DNA of 64,000 nt from assembly GCF_009914755.1 (NCBI RefSeq), contig NC_060937.1. The stretch is one strand, 5' to 3'. A program made the translations under genes and the position numbers. The notes beneath the pieces are model-generated. The model was not told the origin of the DNA. It did not search any database and worked only from the letters and a program-made list of their open reading frames with translations. Shown one piece after another: positions 12,200 through 27,169 of this stretch. The DNA comes from the human T2T-CHM13v2.0 reference genome, Homo sapiens. Each line of letters opens with the position of its first letter. Positions within the stretch are counted from its first letter, which is position 1.

Positions 12200-13525
12200 T
12201 CTATTCTTGGCCATTTTAGAGTTGACTTAGCAGCCTTCACAAAACTGATTGGAATTTCCACTGGGATTAAATTGATAGGTCATTTTTGGGAGACCTTTGC
12301 AATATTGAACTTTCCAATCCATGAACTTTACTTATCTGCCCATTTATCATGTTTGTTTTTGGTAGATTACAAAATTATATGATCACTCCAAAAATTACCT
12401 TGCCCTTTATAGTAAAACCTTCCATTGTAAACTGGCAATCACTGATCTGTGTTCCTCTAGCATTGCTTTTTTTTCAGAATTTTATACAAATGGAATCGTT
12501 CAGGATGTAGCCTTTTGAGTCTGGCTACTTTCATATACTGTATCAACAGTTATTCCTTTTTATTGCCAAATAGTAATCCATTGTATAAATACTACATGGT
12601 TTGCTTATTGGTTTGTCATTGGAGGAATATGGACTATTTTCACTTTTTGGTAAATTATAAGTGGATTGGAATTCACAAAGTGCTTTTTGTCTTAGCATAG
12701 TTTTTCATTTCACTTGTGCAAATGCCTAAGGGTAGGATTGCTGAGTCACATGGTCCATTTACATTTGACTTTATCAGAACCTGCCAAATTGTCTTCCAAA
12801 GTGCTGTGCCACTTCTGTTTCTTTAATAAATACAGGGGTATTCAAGCTGTCTGTTTCTCCTTGAGTTTTGGTAGTCTGTCTTTCAAGGAATTGATCTATT
12901 TCATGTAATTTGTAGAATTTAGAAGCATATAGTTGTTTGTTTTGTTTTTGTAGTATCCATTATAGCCTTCTAGTGTCTACAGGATTTGTAATAATATTCC
13001 TTTCATTTCTGGTATTGGCAATTTGCGTTTTCTCTTCTTCCTTTGTCAGTCTGCTAGAGGCTTCCTCATTTAATTGATTTCCACCTCCCACCACCCCTGC
13101 AAAGAACCAACTTTGGATTTCGTTGAATTTTTTTCCTTTACTGTTTTTGTTTAAATATTACTGATCTAGTCTGTTTTTCTTATGCCTGATTTGAGTTTAT
13201 TTGGTTCTTTTTTTACTTAAAGTAAATGCTTACATTATTGATTTGATGCTTCATTTCTCATAATTTAGTGCTATAAATTGCCCTGTAAGCACATATTTTG
13301 ATAAGATGATGTCATATTTATTAAGTTCAAACTGTTTTCCGATTTGTCTTAAGATACTCTCTTTGACCTAGGGGCCATTTAGAAGTATGCCATTTAACTT
13401 CTCATATTTGGGGATGTTCTAGAAATGTTCTAGATTCCTAGTTTAATTCTGTCATCAGAGAAAATAATTAACTGAATTTTAATTGTTTAACTTTAGGGTT
13501 TGTTTTATGACCCAGAATATGATCT
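12200..13525 (-). mobile_element. Ancient L1M fragments (continuing patchily to about 15450 between Alus)
   Basis: L1M-type motifs such as aaatggaatc...gtagccttttgagtctggctactttca, ggtaggattgctgagtcacatgg, gctataaattgccctgtaagcac and ttttatgacccagaatatgatct. Confidence 0.6.
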
Positions 13526-13717
13526 CTCACCACCGCCATCCAGATAATTCTTCAGGTTTTGACGTTTCCCAACCTGTCTGCTGGTTACTTTTCAGAGTAC
13601 TTGGGTCATTGTTATTTATATTTTGTCCAGAGTTTCAAATTGTGATCAGTGGAAATGACAGGCCGTAGCATGCATACACCATCCTGGCCAGCATCACAGG
13701 TGGTCAGCATATCTTTC

Positions 13718-14008
13718 TGTTGTTGTTTTGAGACAGGGTCTCACTCTGTTGCCCAGGCTGGAGCACAGTGGCATGATCAGGGATCACTGCATTCTCAACC
13801 TGCTAGGCTCAAGTGATCCTCCCACCTCAGCCTCCCAAATAGCTGGGTCTATAGGTGTGCTGCCATGCCCAGCTAATTTTTGTATTTTTTATAAAGACGG
13901 GATTTTGCCTTGTTGCCCAGGCTGGTCTCAAACTCCTGAGCTCAGGCCATCCTCTCACTCGGGCCTCCCAAAATACTAGGATTATAGGCATGAGCACCAC
14001 ACCTGGCC
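13718..14008 (-). mobile_element. Alu (AluJ-like)
   Basis: gagacagggtctcactctgttgcccaggctggagcacagtggcatgatc...ccacacctggcc. Confidence 0.92.
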
Positions 14009-14370
14009 AGTACTTCTTAAAAATAATTGCTGATCCACGTTGAATAATGATGGCCTGTAAATATTTTTTCTTGCACTTGCCTTGTTGGGTTTTGATATCA
14101 AGGTTATTTTTATTTTAACCTTGTAAAATGAACTGGGGAGTCTTCTTTTTTTATTCTCTGTTTGTGTTGGTGGCAGAGTTTTTTTTTTTGTTTGGTTGGT
14201 TGGTTTGTTTCTCTTGTATGTTTCATGGAACTTTTTGGTGAAGGCACTTGGGCCTGGAAATTTCTTTATGGGAAGTTTTTTCATTACTGATTCAATATAT
14301 TTAATCTATGTAAGTTTTTTTTCTACTTTTTGAGTCAATTTTGATTTTTTTTCCTAGAAATTCATATCTC

Positions 14371-15061
<691 letters not shown>

Positions 15062-15166
15062 TAGTACAGTCCTCCTGTGCAAGATTGTTTTTTGAATGCT
15101 TTTTCTTGACAAATCTTGCTAAAGGTCTGTGAATTTTATAATGTATTTTTAAAGAACCAGGTTTTA

Positions 15167-15325
15167 GCAGGGCATGGTGGCTCATACCTGTAATCCCAGC
15201 ACTTTGAGAGGCAAAGGTGGGAGGATCGCTTGAGCCTGTAAGGGGGAGGCTGTACTAAGCTGTGATTGAGCCACTACACTCCAGCCTGGGCAACGGAATG
15301 AGACCCTATCTGAAAACCAAAAAAA
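15167..15325 (+). mobile_element. Alu monomer-length or internally deleted Alu
   Basis: gggcatggtggctcatacctgtaatcccagcac...ccactacactccagcctgggcaac...gagaccctatct followed by an A-rich tail. Confidence 0.85.
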
Positions 15326-15444
15326 CCACAAGTTTTAGCTTGGCTGATTCTATTGTGTGTTTCTTTTGTATTTCATTTGTTTGTTATGTTTTTCCTTTTT
15401 CTTTCTTTGAATTTAACTTGTTCTTTGTCTGATTTATTGACTGA

Positions 15445-16006
<562 letters not shown>

Positions 16007-17650
16007 TGACAGGTAAGAATCCCCAGAAGTTGTCACCGATGTGCCTGTGGAAGTGCCTTCCTGATTGCTTTCCCTCTGGAGCCTTTAAGTTCCATGAAGC
16101 ACTTAGTTGGCCTGGATTCCACCTATTCAGCATGCTGTGGCAGCTCAGTTCAGTTCCCATTTTTAACTTGGGACTGCATAGATTCCCCGTCATTTCTTTT
16201 AGGACCAGGTGGGCAAGAAGATCCAGTCAGTGCTTTATTACTTCTCACTGATATTCACACAGCACATTTAGTGTGAGCCATAGAATAAGAAAACTCTTAG
16301 TCACATTCTGTGTCATGAGAAGGTTACTTAAGCTTGAAAACCATTTCCTTGTCTGGTAAATGCGGCTGTAATGAAATCGACCCCATTCACTGTTGTGAGA
16401 ATTAAATGAGATGATGTATGCAGAGCAACTAGGACAGTGCCTGGGAAAGTGCTACTCATGATCATTTATCTTCAGTTTAGAACAATATATACTTGCTTAC
16501 TTAAAAAAGGAGATAATAGAGAAAAGGTATTGAGAAAAGTAGGAGAGGAGAAAATCACTCATATTCTCACCATTCAGTGATTCAGCCCAGTATCATCAAT
16601 GTTTTGTTTGGTTGTTTTTGTAGGTGTAGGATTTTTTTTTTTTTAAACATAATTTTCCTGCATATGCAGTTTTGCATTTTTAACCCAAACTTAATGTTCT
16701 TTTTAATGTTCTTGTACTTACAAAGATTTATCCTGTTTTTAGATTGATATCTCACCTTGGCAGAAATGAGATAAAATTTTAAAATATTCATTTGGTGGCT
16801 TTCACAGTATTATTTGATCTCTAGGGTCTCCTGTGAGTTTGCTACATGGTGCATTGTATTACTTTCATCTTATAGATGAAGAAAGATACTAGTGTGGCTG
16901 AGTCGCATGCAGAATTTGGAGGAGCATGGTGCTGAATGAGCTTTGATGATTGTAGGGGCCACAACTGGAAAAGTAGATGTAAAATGGTGAGGTCGATCCC
17001 TCTGACACTTTCACATGCTCAGTCACGCATCTTGAACATATAAGTTGGATCCTATGCCTAGAGAGGTAGGTTTCTGAGCCAAGGCATATTCCAAAAATTG
17101 CATGAGAAGCTGGCTTTCCCAGGAACAGTGAGCCCTCCCGGCTCACTAACTCCTGAATCATACTTCCTGCCCCTAGCCAGGTTTATCTAGGACTTGAGCA
17201 CAAAGAAAAAGTGGGAGCATCTTTGAACAAGAAATATCTTGAAAAACTAGTTAAGTGGTATCATATATTTGTGGGATGGGTGATTTCAAAACCCAGTCTA
17301 AAAGGACAGGACCTTGCTCATTGACAATTTATTGTCTGATGCAATGTTTCTTAATCTTTTTGGGTCTTGGATTCCTTTGAGAATCTTTTGAAGTTTATGG
17401 ACTCTTTTCCCAGAAGAACACACTCATGTGTATGTAACACAATTTTGCATTCAATCTTAGGGACTGCAGGTGTCTACATTAGTTATATATTGGTGTAAAA
17501 AAAAGAGCCCCAAACTTAAGGCTTAAAGGAACAATAGATGTTTATTATCTCACAGTTTCTGTGGTTCAGAAAGTCAGTAACATCTTAACTGGATACTTCT
17601 GACTTGGAGTCTCCCAGGAGGTTGCAATCAAGATGTTGTTGGGGGGAAAG

Positions 17651-18365
17651 GGGCAGGTTCAGTGGCTCATGCCTGTAATCTCTACACTCTGGGAAGCAAA
17701 GCCAGGAGGATTACTTGAGCCCAGGAGTTTGAGACCAGCCTGGGCAACACAGTGAGACCCTATGTATTAGTCAGTTCTCACATTGCTATAAATACATGAG
17801 ACTGGAGAATTTATAAAGAAAAGAGGTTTAATTGTCTCACAGTTCCACAGGCTGTTCAGGGAACATAATGCTGGCATCTGCTCGGCTTCTGGGGCAACCA
17901 CAGGAAACTTTCAATCATGGTGGAAGGTGAAGGGGAAGCAGGCACGCCTTACATGGCCAAAGCAGGAGCGAGAGAGAGGGGGGAGGTGCCACACACTTTT
18001 AAACAATTAGATACTGTGAGAACTCTAACGAGCACAGCACCAAAAGGGTGATGCTAAATCATTCATGAAAGATCTATTCCTGTGATCCAGTCACCTCCCA
18101 CCAGGCCCCACCTCTAACATTGGGGATTATAATTGAACGTGAGATTTAGGTGGGTACACAGACCCCAACCATATCATCCCGTCTCTATAAGAAATAAAAA
18201 AGTTAGCCAGGCATGGTGGTGTGTGCTGGTGGTCCCAGATACTCAGGAGGCTGATGTGGGAGGATCACTTGAGCCTCGGAGGTCAAGGCTGCAGTGAGCT
18301 ATGATTGCACCACTGCACTCCAGCCTGGGTGACAGAGTGAGACCCTGTCTCAACAACAACAAAAA
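17651..18365 (+). mobile_element. AluJ-like element interrupted by an MST LTR
   Basis: The left arm ends gtgagaccc at 17760 and the Alu resumes at 18177 with tcccgtctcta...gagaccctgtctc plus a tail. Confidence 0.85.
17763..18176 (-). mobile_element. MST (MaLR) solo LTR
   Basis: tgtattagtcagttctcacattgctataaa...aaagaggtttaattg...cccaccaggccccacctctaacattgggg...ccaaccatatca, with TG..CA termini. Confidence 0.88.
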
Positions 18366-18624
18366 GATGCCTGGGGTTGACATTATCTGAAGGCTTGACT
18401 GAGTTGACTGAGGCTGGAGAATCTACTTCCAGTCACATGCTAGCAAGTTAGTGCTAGCTGTTGGCAGGAGGCCTCATGCGGTCCTCCCCATATGGCTGCT
18501 TTGATGTCCTCATAACATCGTGCTTGTCTTTTTATGACCTAGCCTTGGAAGTCACATTCCACCATTTGTGCATTTCCTATTGGTCACATAGGTCAGTCCT
18601 ATTTAGTGCATAGGGCAAGGTCTG

Positions 18625-19042
18625 AGAGGGGAGTAGTGCTGACTGCCCATGCCCTCTCCTGGTGCACGCCGCTTCCAGCACCCAGAAGCTCTCCTAACTC
18701 CGTTATTTAGGGTTTTCATATGGGATTTCATTACATGGGTATGACTGATCAAATCACTGACCAATGCTGATTGGATCAATCTGCGGTCCCCCTCTTGTCC
18801 TTGGAGGTCTAAGGGTGGGGCTGAAAACTCCACAACTCTAAGCGTGGCCAGCTCCTTCCTTGAAACTGCCTCCGTGCTCACCTTCAGTCACCCCATTAGC
18901 ATAAACTCTGGGATGGCCAAAAGGGGCTTCTTATAAATAACAAAATGTACTCCCATTGCTTAGGAAGTTCCAAGGGGTTTAGGAGCTCAGTGCCAGGAAC
19001 TGGGGACAAAGACCAAATATGTATATATATATAAACACTACA
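18625..19042. mobile_element. MER21-like LTR fragment
   Basis: ttcattacatgggtatgactgatcaaatcactg...ggggctgaaaactcc...ccaaggggtttaggagctcagtgccaggaactggggacaaagaccaaata. Confidence 0.7.
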
Positions 19043-20044
19043 GTAGTGAATTTTATATAGCAAACATGCATTATTTTTCTTTTTGGCTAAAATTTTTTTC
19101 TAGTTATAAAACTGGTACATACTCATTGCAGAGAACTGGGGGAAGGAGTAAAATATTAAGAAAAAAATAAAAATCACTTGCCATCCTGTCACCTAGTATT
19201 TTCTTTCTAGTTCTTTTCATGCAGTTATATATAACATTTTGATCTTTCTTTTTATGTTACAGAAGTCATATTTGCTTATTGCAGAGTAATCCAAAGAGTA
19301 CAGAATGTCTAAAGTTAAAAAAGTTATTTAAAAAAAATGATCCTTGCCTGGGAGGAACTTTCTATTGTAGGTTGAGAGGGGAGATAGAGGGGCTGTGGGT
19401 CAGAGGATGCCCTGGTCAGGGTTGGGTGCCTGTGTCTCTTTGGAGGCAGCAGAGGTCTGCACAGCAGGGTATTACCATTATAGGGAAATGGGGGGGTGGG
19501 ATGTGTGGAAGGGGAATTAAACTGCCAAGAAGAAAACAATTATTTTTATGTTGAGAAGCATTATTTTCAGGGGTCAGAAGCCCTTTGTGGGGCAGAGGGA
19601 AATTAAGGAGGTATTTAATAAACAGGTGCAGCTGAATGTGTGTGGTTAAAGTGCAGTCCAGTAGTTATTTATTTGTCCGGATTGTTTATAACCTGCTTCC
19701 AGCCTAGACAAGTTGATTTGACCCTGCTGACCTGGCTCATTCAGGCCACTTAACACTGTTTACCTTTGGGTGGGGAGGACATGCATGATCCGCTGGCCGA
19801 GTGCCTTTGTAAGGTCTGTAAATAGGATGCATTCTGGTTAAACTCATTATTGCATCACAAAAGCCAGTATCTGATGGGTCTCAGCTCTTTTCTTTTGCAC
19901 TGGGGAAGACTGGAGGAGAATGAAACTTCCTTGAACCAGTGATTGGGTCTCTACCAAAGAGAGAAACTTAAAGCTAGTGAGAGCCTTAAGATATTTCATT
20001 TGAGCACTTGGCTGGCACCATGTAGGTAGAGACACTTTAAAGTA

Positions 20045-20197
20045 ACAGTGCTTTGCTACACCTGATTTGAATCATCTGTGGAGCTTCAAAAAAAATCCTA
20101 ATTAATCCTAAGACCAGTTATGTCAGGTGGGGTCCAGGCACTGTTATTTTTTTTAAAGCTCCCCAGGTGATTCCAGTGTAGGTCCAGGACTGAGAAG
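20045..20197. mobile_element. MER5-like hAT MITE
   Basis: gaatcatctgtggagctt...aagctccccaggtgattccagtgtaggtccaggactgagaa. Similar copies lie near 26600-26690, 48670-48815 and 49725-49870. Confidence 0.6.
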
Positions 20198-20408
20198 CAG
20201 TCCTTGAAGATGCTGGTGTACCCTGACCTGCCTCCAGCCTTCTTTGCAGGAGATGGATGGGGGTTGGTTGTAGTTGCTCTGTCATAGAACACTGCAATTC
20301 AAAGGATACCTAATGCTATGAATGTAGGTAAATTGTTTGCAAAATGTTCTGTGTTTCAGGAATACTGCAATCATTTGATTCAAATGTCACCATATGTGTG
20401 CGTGTATA

Positions 20409-20722
20409 CAGTCATGGGTCACTTAATGATGGGGACATGTTTTAAGAAATGTGTCGTTAGGCAATTTCATTCTTGTGTGAACATCATAGGGTGTATTTCA
20501 ACAAACCGAGATGGGATATATATTTTCATTTATATATTTTATTATGGAAAATCAAATGTCCCAGCACTGTTACTAAATATCAGTCATTTCCCCTACTTGA
20601 TCTGCCATGCCAACATTAAGTGCCATATATTAGATCTCTATATATACTCCATTATAATCTTACAGGATCACTGTTGCACATGTGTTTCCTCATTGACTGA
20701 AATGTTATTCAGTGCATGACTG
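20409..20722. mobile_element. Tigger3-family MITE with terminal inverted repeats and TA target duplication
   Basis: ta|cagtcatg ... catgactg|ta termini; internal gaaatgtgtcgttaggcaatttc...gtgtgaacatcatag motif. Confidence 0.85.
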
Positions 20723-21349
20723 TACATATAGTAAAAACGTTATGCACCATATTTTAACATACTGATATTACTAATGAGTTGTCCTCATGGTGACTTTAAA
20801 TATCATAATTAATGCCATCAACCAGAATATATCAAATAAATTCAGATACCACTTGTTCTGTTTATTTCCTTCCCCTGCCAATTTTTTATTTTTCCTGATT
20901 CTGCTGAAGCCAAGATGGGGTTCTGTGTAAGATTTTGTTTGTGAGGAAAGGTTCTGCATGAATTAAAGTTTTGCAAGCCATGGGCATTTCATTGTATGGG
21001 CCGTTTTGAGGTCTGTCATCTTGCAGATTAGATTAGCTTACACTGAGGCACAGTCACCTGCTGGGCTGGGCAGAGAGCTGCACTCCACTAGTATTTGAGC
21101 TGTCCCGGCTGTTCACCAGCTGGATCCACTTCAGATAGGCATAGCCAGGGCAGCCGCCATTCCCATTTGTGGGGGAAAAGGGAAGCTATCACAAGAATGG
21201 GCTGCAGCTGTGGGATGAGGCGGGCAGCCCAGTGATGGTGTCATTGTCAAGGGGCCATTGAAATGTCCTTAAGCAGTCATTGGCCAAATCCTGTCCTCTA
21301 TGGATCCAGAGCCACAGAATGTTCCAGCAGAAATATGTCTTAGCCAGCA

Positions 21350-21560
21350 GCTCTTTATTGAGGACTGATTGTGGGCTAGGCTCTGTGCTAGGGTCTTTAC
21401 AGATGTTACTAAATCTTCTCAATAACCCTATGAGACAGGCATTATTATCCCCATCTTACCGATGAGAAAACTGAGGCTTAGAGAGGTTAAGCAGCTTATC
21501 CAAGACCACAGTTAATAAGTGACAAAGCCAGCATCGGAACCCATGCTAGTCCTCTCTAAA
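21350..21560 (+). mobile_element. MIR
   Basis: aataaccctatgagacaggcattattatccccatcttaccgatgagaaaactgaggcttagagaggttaagcagcttatccaagaccaca. Many further MIR pieces occur at 36350-36480, 38880-39030, 40480-40930, 42750-42900, 43970-44190, 44660-44860, 45040-45260 and 47290-47480. Confidence 0.8.
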
Positions 21561-22654
21561 GCCTTCTTAGAAATCATGTGATAGATGAGAAGATCAAGGT
21601 CTGGAGAAGAAAAGCAAGTTGTCTGAGATGACACAACCAGCTCTAATTGGTGGCAAAGCTGCGCCTATAACTCACCTGCGCTTTTCACAACCTGCAGTAC
21701 GTGACCACTGCCGAAATGAAGAGGCAGCGTTGTGCCCCCTCCCACCTTCTGAGTGGCTCAGGCACAATCAGTGTTGAGTTGGCATGAAATGAGAACTTAA
21801 ACTCACCATGCCACTTTAAGAAGAACATGGAGAAGGCAGGCAGAAGTGACCTTGGAGAACAGTATCTGAGCCAGAAGGCAGGAGGTCAGCGGGGGAGTCT
21901 TGAGTGGGAAACTCAAGGGTAGCCTGACTGTCCTTGTCACAGGTTTAGCTGGGCACTGTTAGTTCCCCCCTTTGTCAGTTTGTGGGAATCTGGGCATCAG
22001 GGATCTCTTTCAGCCCTTCACATTTGTATTTGGGTGTGCTCAGCTTAAAACGATAGCAGCCTGCAGGAGCTCAGCTCTGCCTCCATTTATAGAGGGAAGA
22101 GAAACTAAGGAATGCTCCTTGGGGTGGTGTTGGGGAGCAGCTACATGGGAAAATGAAGGGTGCAGCACCAGTAAAAAGGTGCTCCCAGGACTCCCTCCCA
22201 CCAGCACTCGGACCAAGGAAGAAGCATTTAATTTCAGCCAGATTTCTAGATGGTTGCTTTTATTTGTTTTCATCTGAATTTGTGCCAAGGATTCAACTTT
22301 TCCTGCTTATTTTATTAAAAACTTTATACACAGCATTAATAAATAGATATAAACTGCCATATACATGACAAACAGAGGGGCTTAATGAAATTCCCAAGGG
22401 TCAGCTGTTGAATAAGTAACAAAAGCACATCTTGGCATGATCAAATTCCCATATATGCAAATTAGGGACAGTGTTTTACCACAGAGTGTTTTAATTAATA
22501 TTTATAAATCACAGAGTGCCTTTGAAAGGGCCAGTAAGCTGTTTATATTATTATCATGTCACACAAGTAACAAACCCTTTGGAGATTGCTGCCTACTTTG
22601 CATTTTGGTCTGAGAAGTAAGTGAGCATGTTGCCTGTGTTTCTCTCCCTCGTAG

Positions 22655-23032
22655 GTGTGGTGTCAGCACAGCGGCAGGTCACCGTTCAGGAAGGACCCTT
22701 GTACCGCACAGAGGGCTCCCACATCACTATCTGGTGCAATGTGAGTGGCTACCAGGGACCTCCTGAGCAGAATTTCCAGTGGTCCATTTACCTGCCTTCA
22801 TCGCCAGAGCGAGAGGTGCAGATCATCAGCACCATAGACTCTTCCTTCCCCTATGCCATCTACACCCAGCGTGTCCACGGAGGGAAGATCTTCATAGAAA
22901 GAGTCCAGGGGAACCCAACCCTATTGCACATCACAGATCTTCAGGCCCGGGATGCCGGAGAATATGAATGCCACACACCCAGCACCGATAAGCAATACTT
23001 TGGGAGTTACAGTGCAAAGATGAACCTAGTGG
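22655..23032 (+). pseudogene. IGSF3P2: IGSF3-like Ig domain 1 exon (378 nt, open)
   Basis: ctcgtag|GT GTG GTG TCA GCA CAG ... AAC CTA GTG G|gtaagg; VVSAQRQVTVQEGPLYRTEGSHITIWC...GEYECHTP...SAKMNLV. Confidence 0.93.
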
Positions 23033-23772
23033 GTAAGGAGAAGCTGTCTTCACGTTGCCAGCGTCTGGCCTGACTCAGTTCTTTAGTAGTGTAATTTTGC
23101 TTTATGCCATGCATTTGACTTTAAAAAAAATCCCAAAACTCCCAACATATTTTAGGGGTCAACAGATAGCACAAGGAAACTAAATTTCTGTGTTCACTTC
23201 TAAATAATAGGTGGTTGAGGGTGAAACTTTAAAAAGATCTAATGCAGATGTTAAGAATTTCATAAGTTAACTAACCCTGTAACTGGTGAAAAGGGATATG
23301 AAAATATAAGGCAAGGACGTTTGTGGTTGATGATCTGAATGACAAGGAAGATGAGACGTATGACATCAGGTGGAAGAGAGGAGGAACCTCTCGGAAGGAT
23401 AGGCCTCTGGGCAGCTCTGAGACCCACGGGGCACTGCTGAAGCAGGAAGCACATGTGGCTGCGGGTCCTTGCTCAGACCTTGTACATTGAAGGTCCTTTG
23501 GCTCCATGCGTAAGGAACTATGAACTGGCTGTCTCCCTTGTTGCTCCTTAATGCTGAAGGAAACATGAGGAAGAGGGATGCAGGAGCTTCCAGTGTGGGC
23601 AGCACTGGTCACAGTGTTGGCCAGTGTCAAAGGGTTAACCGTATCAAGGCTGTTCTGTTTTTCTGCCTATCTTAATGTCCAGTTTTTATTATCACAACTA
23701 AGCAGTGGGTGTTGCTAGTTCTTTTATTAATACACATACTATCATTTGTTTATGTTTCCTTTCTCTAACTAG

Positions 23773-24109
<337 letters not shown>

Positions 24110-24926
24110 GTTCCCAGCAGGAGACCTGTAAGACCCAATCCTTGGGTGAGAACAGGGAGAAAACACATACTAGTTGTGACTAGGGTACTGTCATCAGACA
24201 GAGAGGTGGTGCTATTTAATCTCCAGAAAGGTGCAAGCAAGGATCAGGGTATGATTCTGACCAAGGGATCACGGAGAAAATCTCTTCTCTTGCCTGAATC
24301 TCTCCAGACTGTGGCTTCCTTCCAGTGAGGACCCCTTTGATCGATGAATTAGGTGAAAATTAAACCCACTAAAAATAGGGTATGATGATTATTGTTTCTA
24401 CCAAAAATGGTTTTTTAAAAAAATCATCTTCCTAGGGCTGCATTGCTGAAGTAAGTTACAGGATGGGGATGTGGGAAGGAAAGAAAGGATATTGTATAGA
24501 AATGTAAAACTAAAAGTTCCAGGAGGCATTTCCATTAGAGGATCAGTCAGAAGTGAAGTTAAAGTATCTCAAAGCAGTGCCAGAATCAACAACAAATGTT
24601 ATTTGACCTATAAGACAATTGTTTAAAGACAGTATTTTCAGGGAGTTCATTTATTATGTAATATGAAATACACCCCATGTTTTATCCAAGTGTTATTAAA
24701 ATACGAGACAGGTAAGTGTAAGCACCAAAATAATGCATTTCCAAATCTGAACAGAAAACTTTCTGTTTATGTGCATCTGGGGCTGTCTGTGGCCTTGAAT
24801 CGATGGTTCAAGGATGACTGTTAGGGACGCAGTGTGGTGACGCCTGCGTGGAATGGGAGCTTAGCCCCGGGAGTCTCAGATTCTGTGGCTTTGTGACTGC
24901 AGTCTCAGGACATTTCTGTGTTGCAG

Positions 24927-25336
24927 TGATCCCAGACTCCCTGCAGACCACTGCCATGCCCCAGACTCTGCACAGAGTGGAGCAGGACCCACTGGAACTC
25001 ACTTGTGAGGTGGCCTCGGAGACCGTTCAGCACAGCCAGGTGCTGTGGCCTGGCTCTGGCAGAAAGTTGGCGAGAAGCCCGTGGAGGTCATCTCCCTGAG
25101 CCGAGATTTCATGCTTCACTCCGGCAGCGAATATGCCTGGAGGCAGAGCCTGGGGGAGGTGCGGCTGGACAAGCTGGGGAGGACCACCTTCCGCCTCACC
25201 ATCTTCCACCTGCAGCCTTCTGACCAGGGCGAGTTCTACTGCGAGGCCGCCGAGTGGATCCAGAATCCGGATGGGTCGTGGTATGCTATGACCCGAAAGC
25301 GTTCCGAGGGAGCCGTGGTCAACGTCCAGCCAACTG
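24927..25336 (+). pseudogene. IGSF3P2: IGSF3-like Ig domain 2 exon (410 nt, frameshifted)
   Basis: ttgcag|TG ATC CCA GAC ... CCA ACT G|gtcagt. The length is not a multiple of 3. The frame switches near 25042 (CAG GTG CT GTG GCC TGG), splitting the domain between ORFs 24848-25099 and 25045-25350. Confidence 0.92.
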
Positions 25337-27169
25337 GTCAGTCCCTCTGAGCCTCTTGTCCTGTCCTTTACTTGGTGGTGAAAGCTGTCGGATACTAGGA
25401 GAATGTGGAGACTCCTTCTTTGGGCACCTCTACCAGGACAGCAGGTTTTCATGTGAAGTTAAAGCCGGTCTTGTGTGCGGCCGGAGGGAGCTGAGGGATG
25501 TGCGGGACATAGGTATCCTAAGACCTGAGTCACAGGCAGGTGCCACACAGACTGAATCCTGCTTAGAGACATGCTTTCTTCCACCTACGTGGTGTTTACA
25601 CTTTTTTGAATTAGAAACTCATTTTAAAAATTGGGAGATTTCTGAGAAACCATTTGTATCTTAAAACTCCGGGCTTTCATTCCCATTAGCCACAGTTGCT
25701 GCCCCGTTTAATGATGTTGCCTTCCTCAGGTACCCATCTGGTTTCATTTGCAGAAGCCATTTGAGATAATGAGACTTCCATCCAAGGTCTAACATTATGA
25801 ACTAGAGAAATTTTGGCTTAAATTATTATTTTTTATCTAATAATAGTCTTTGGTGATATTTTGTAATTTCCAAAATGCTTTATCACATATTACTTCACCA
25901 TCCCCCAGACGTTCTGTGAGGTGAGTACGTGGTAGTATTCCTATTTTGCAGGTGAGGATGCTGAATGCAGATTACTTTATGTTGGGGCTCAAGAGGAGTC
26001 ATAGGGCATGTTGATGAGGCCAGTCTGAGAGTACCAAGTTCCACTGTATATGTTTTCTTAAGTGAAGACCTGGAAGGGGTCCTGAGGAGGTTGCATGATG
26101 TCTTTAGACACCATCATTTGTCTTGAGGCAAAATGATGGTGGCACAGCCAGCTGAAACCCTCCCTGGCTTCTCTTGGTATCTCCTGTGGCCCCAGACTCT
26201 ACTCCCCAGTCTCATGAGCCCACCAGGCTCCAGGCCAGAGCTGACAGCTGTTGCTGGCTGCCTCTGCTGGGCTGAGGGCAGGTTCTCACATGGGCCTTCA
26301 GTTCCCCCAGCTTTGGTTGGAGCGTGGTTGTTGTGCCGTCACTAAGTTGGTGATGAGTGGCCTGAAAGCCTTTCCTTGTGTGGATGCTCACTTCCAGTGA
26401 GGACTGTGGTGGTTCTGGTGAGTGAGTGTGGCTTTGTGGGAAATGAGCTGGTGAGTTGCAGTACAGGTGGGGTCCTTCTTCAGGACCTGTCTCTTGGGCT
26501 CCCTGTCCCATTTGCTGCAGTCAGTTGTCTGGGTCTTTGCATACTTTCTCTGCCATTCTAGAGTAATGCCTCAGACTCAGCTAACAGTACACATTTTGGG
26601 GCTTTGTCCCAGAAGTCTTCAATTGGAGGCTCCCGGGATGGGACCTGGGAAGCTGGATTTCTGGCACGCTTCCCAGGTGATTCTTCTGCTATCTACATTT
26701 TTTTTTTCAAGCAAAGCTTCTAGGGCAGAAGCAATTCTCTGGACATCACTTTAATAAGTCATCTAATGGATGTGAAATCTTTTACCATAGGGGTTGGTAG
26801 GGATAGGGGGCACTTTATCTGCTCTGTAGGGCATTTAGCAGCTTCTGGATTTTTCAGTATTAAAAAATCTATCCAAGGGGCTTTATTTTATATTTATCCT
26901 TTCCCTTCCTGGAAAGTTTTGAGATCAACTTCAAAAATTTGGGCCAAATTTTGAGTCTTAATGCTTTTAAATTAGGTTGCACCAGTTAATCTTCTTTATT
27001 TTAATCTTACCAATTTGGAATTAGAACTTTTTGAATTTACCCTGAAAATGTATCTAGACTAAGCCATCAAAAGGAAAACTAAGTGAAAAAAAAGTTGATG
27101 ACTTCACTCTGCATTCCTGTGCTGTTTAGGTTCAGTAGTTGCATCTCCAACTCTACCCTTCTCAGTTTA

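Larger units (their letters stand above)
17470..18620. mobile_element. MLT1-family MaLR LTR, split by a nested Alu and MST LTR
   Basis: ccccaaacttaaggcttaaaggaacaa...tttattatctcacagtttctgtggttcagaa (left piece to about 17640) resumes at about 18366 with tctgaaggcttgactg...gacctagccttggaagtcaca. Confidence 0.7.
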
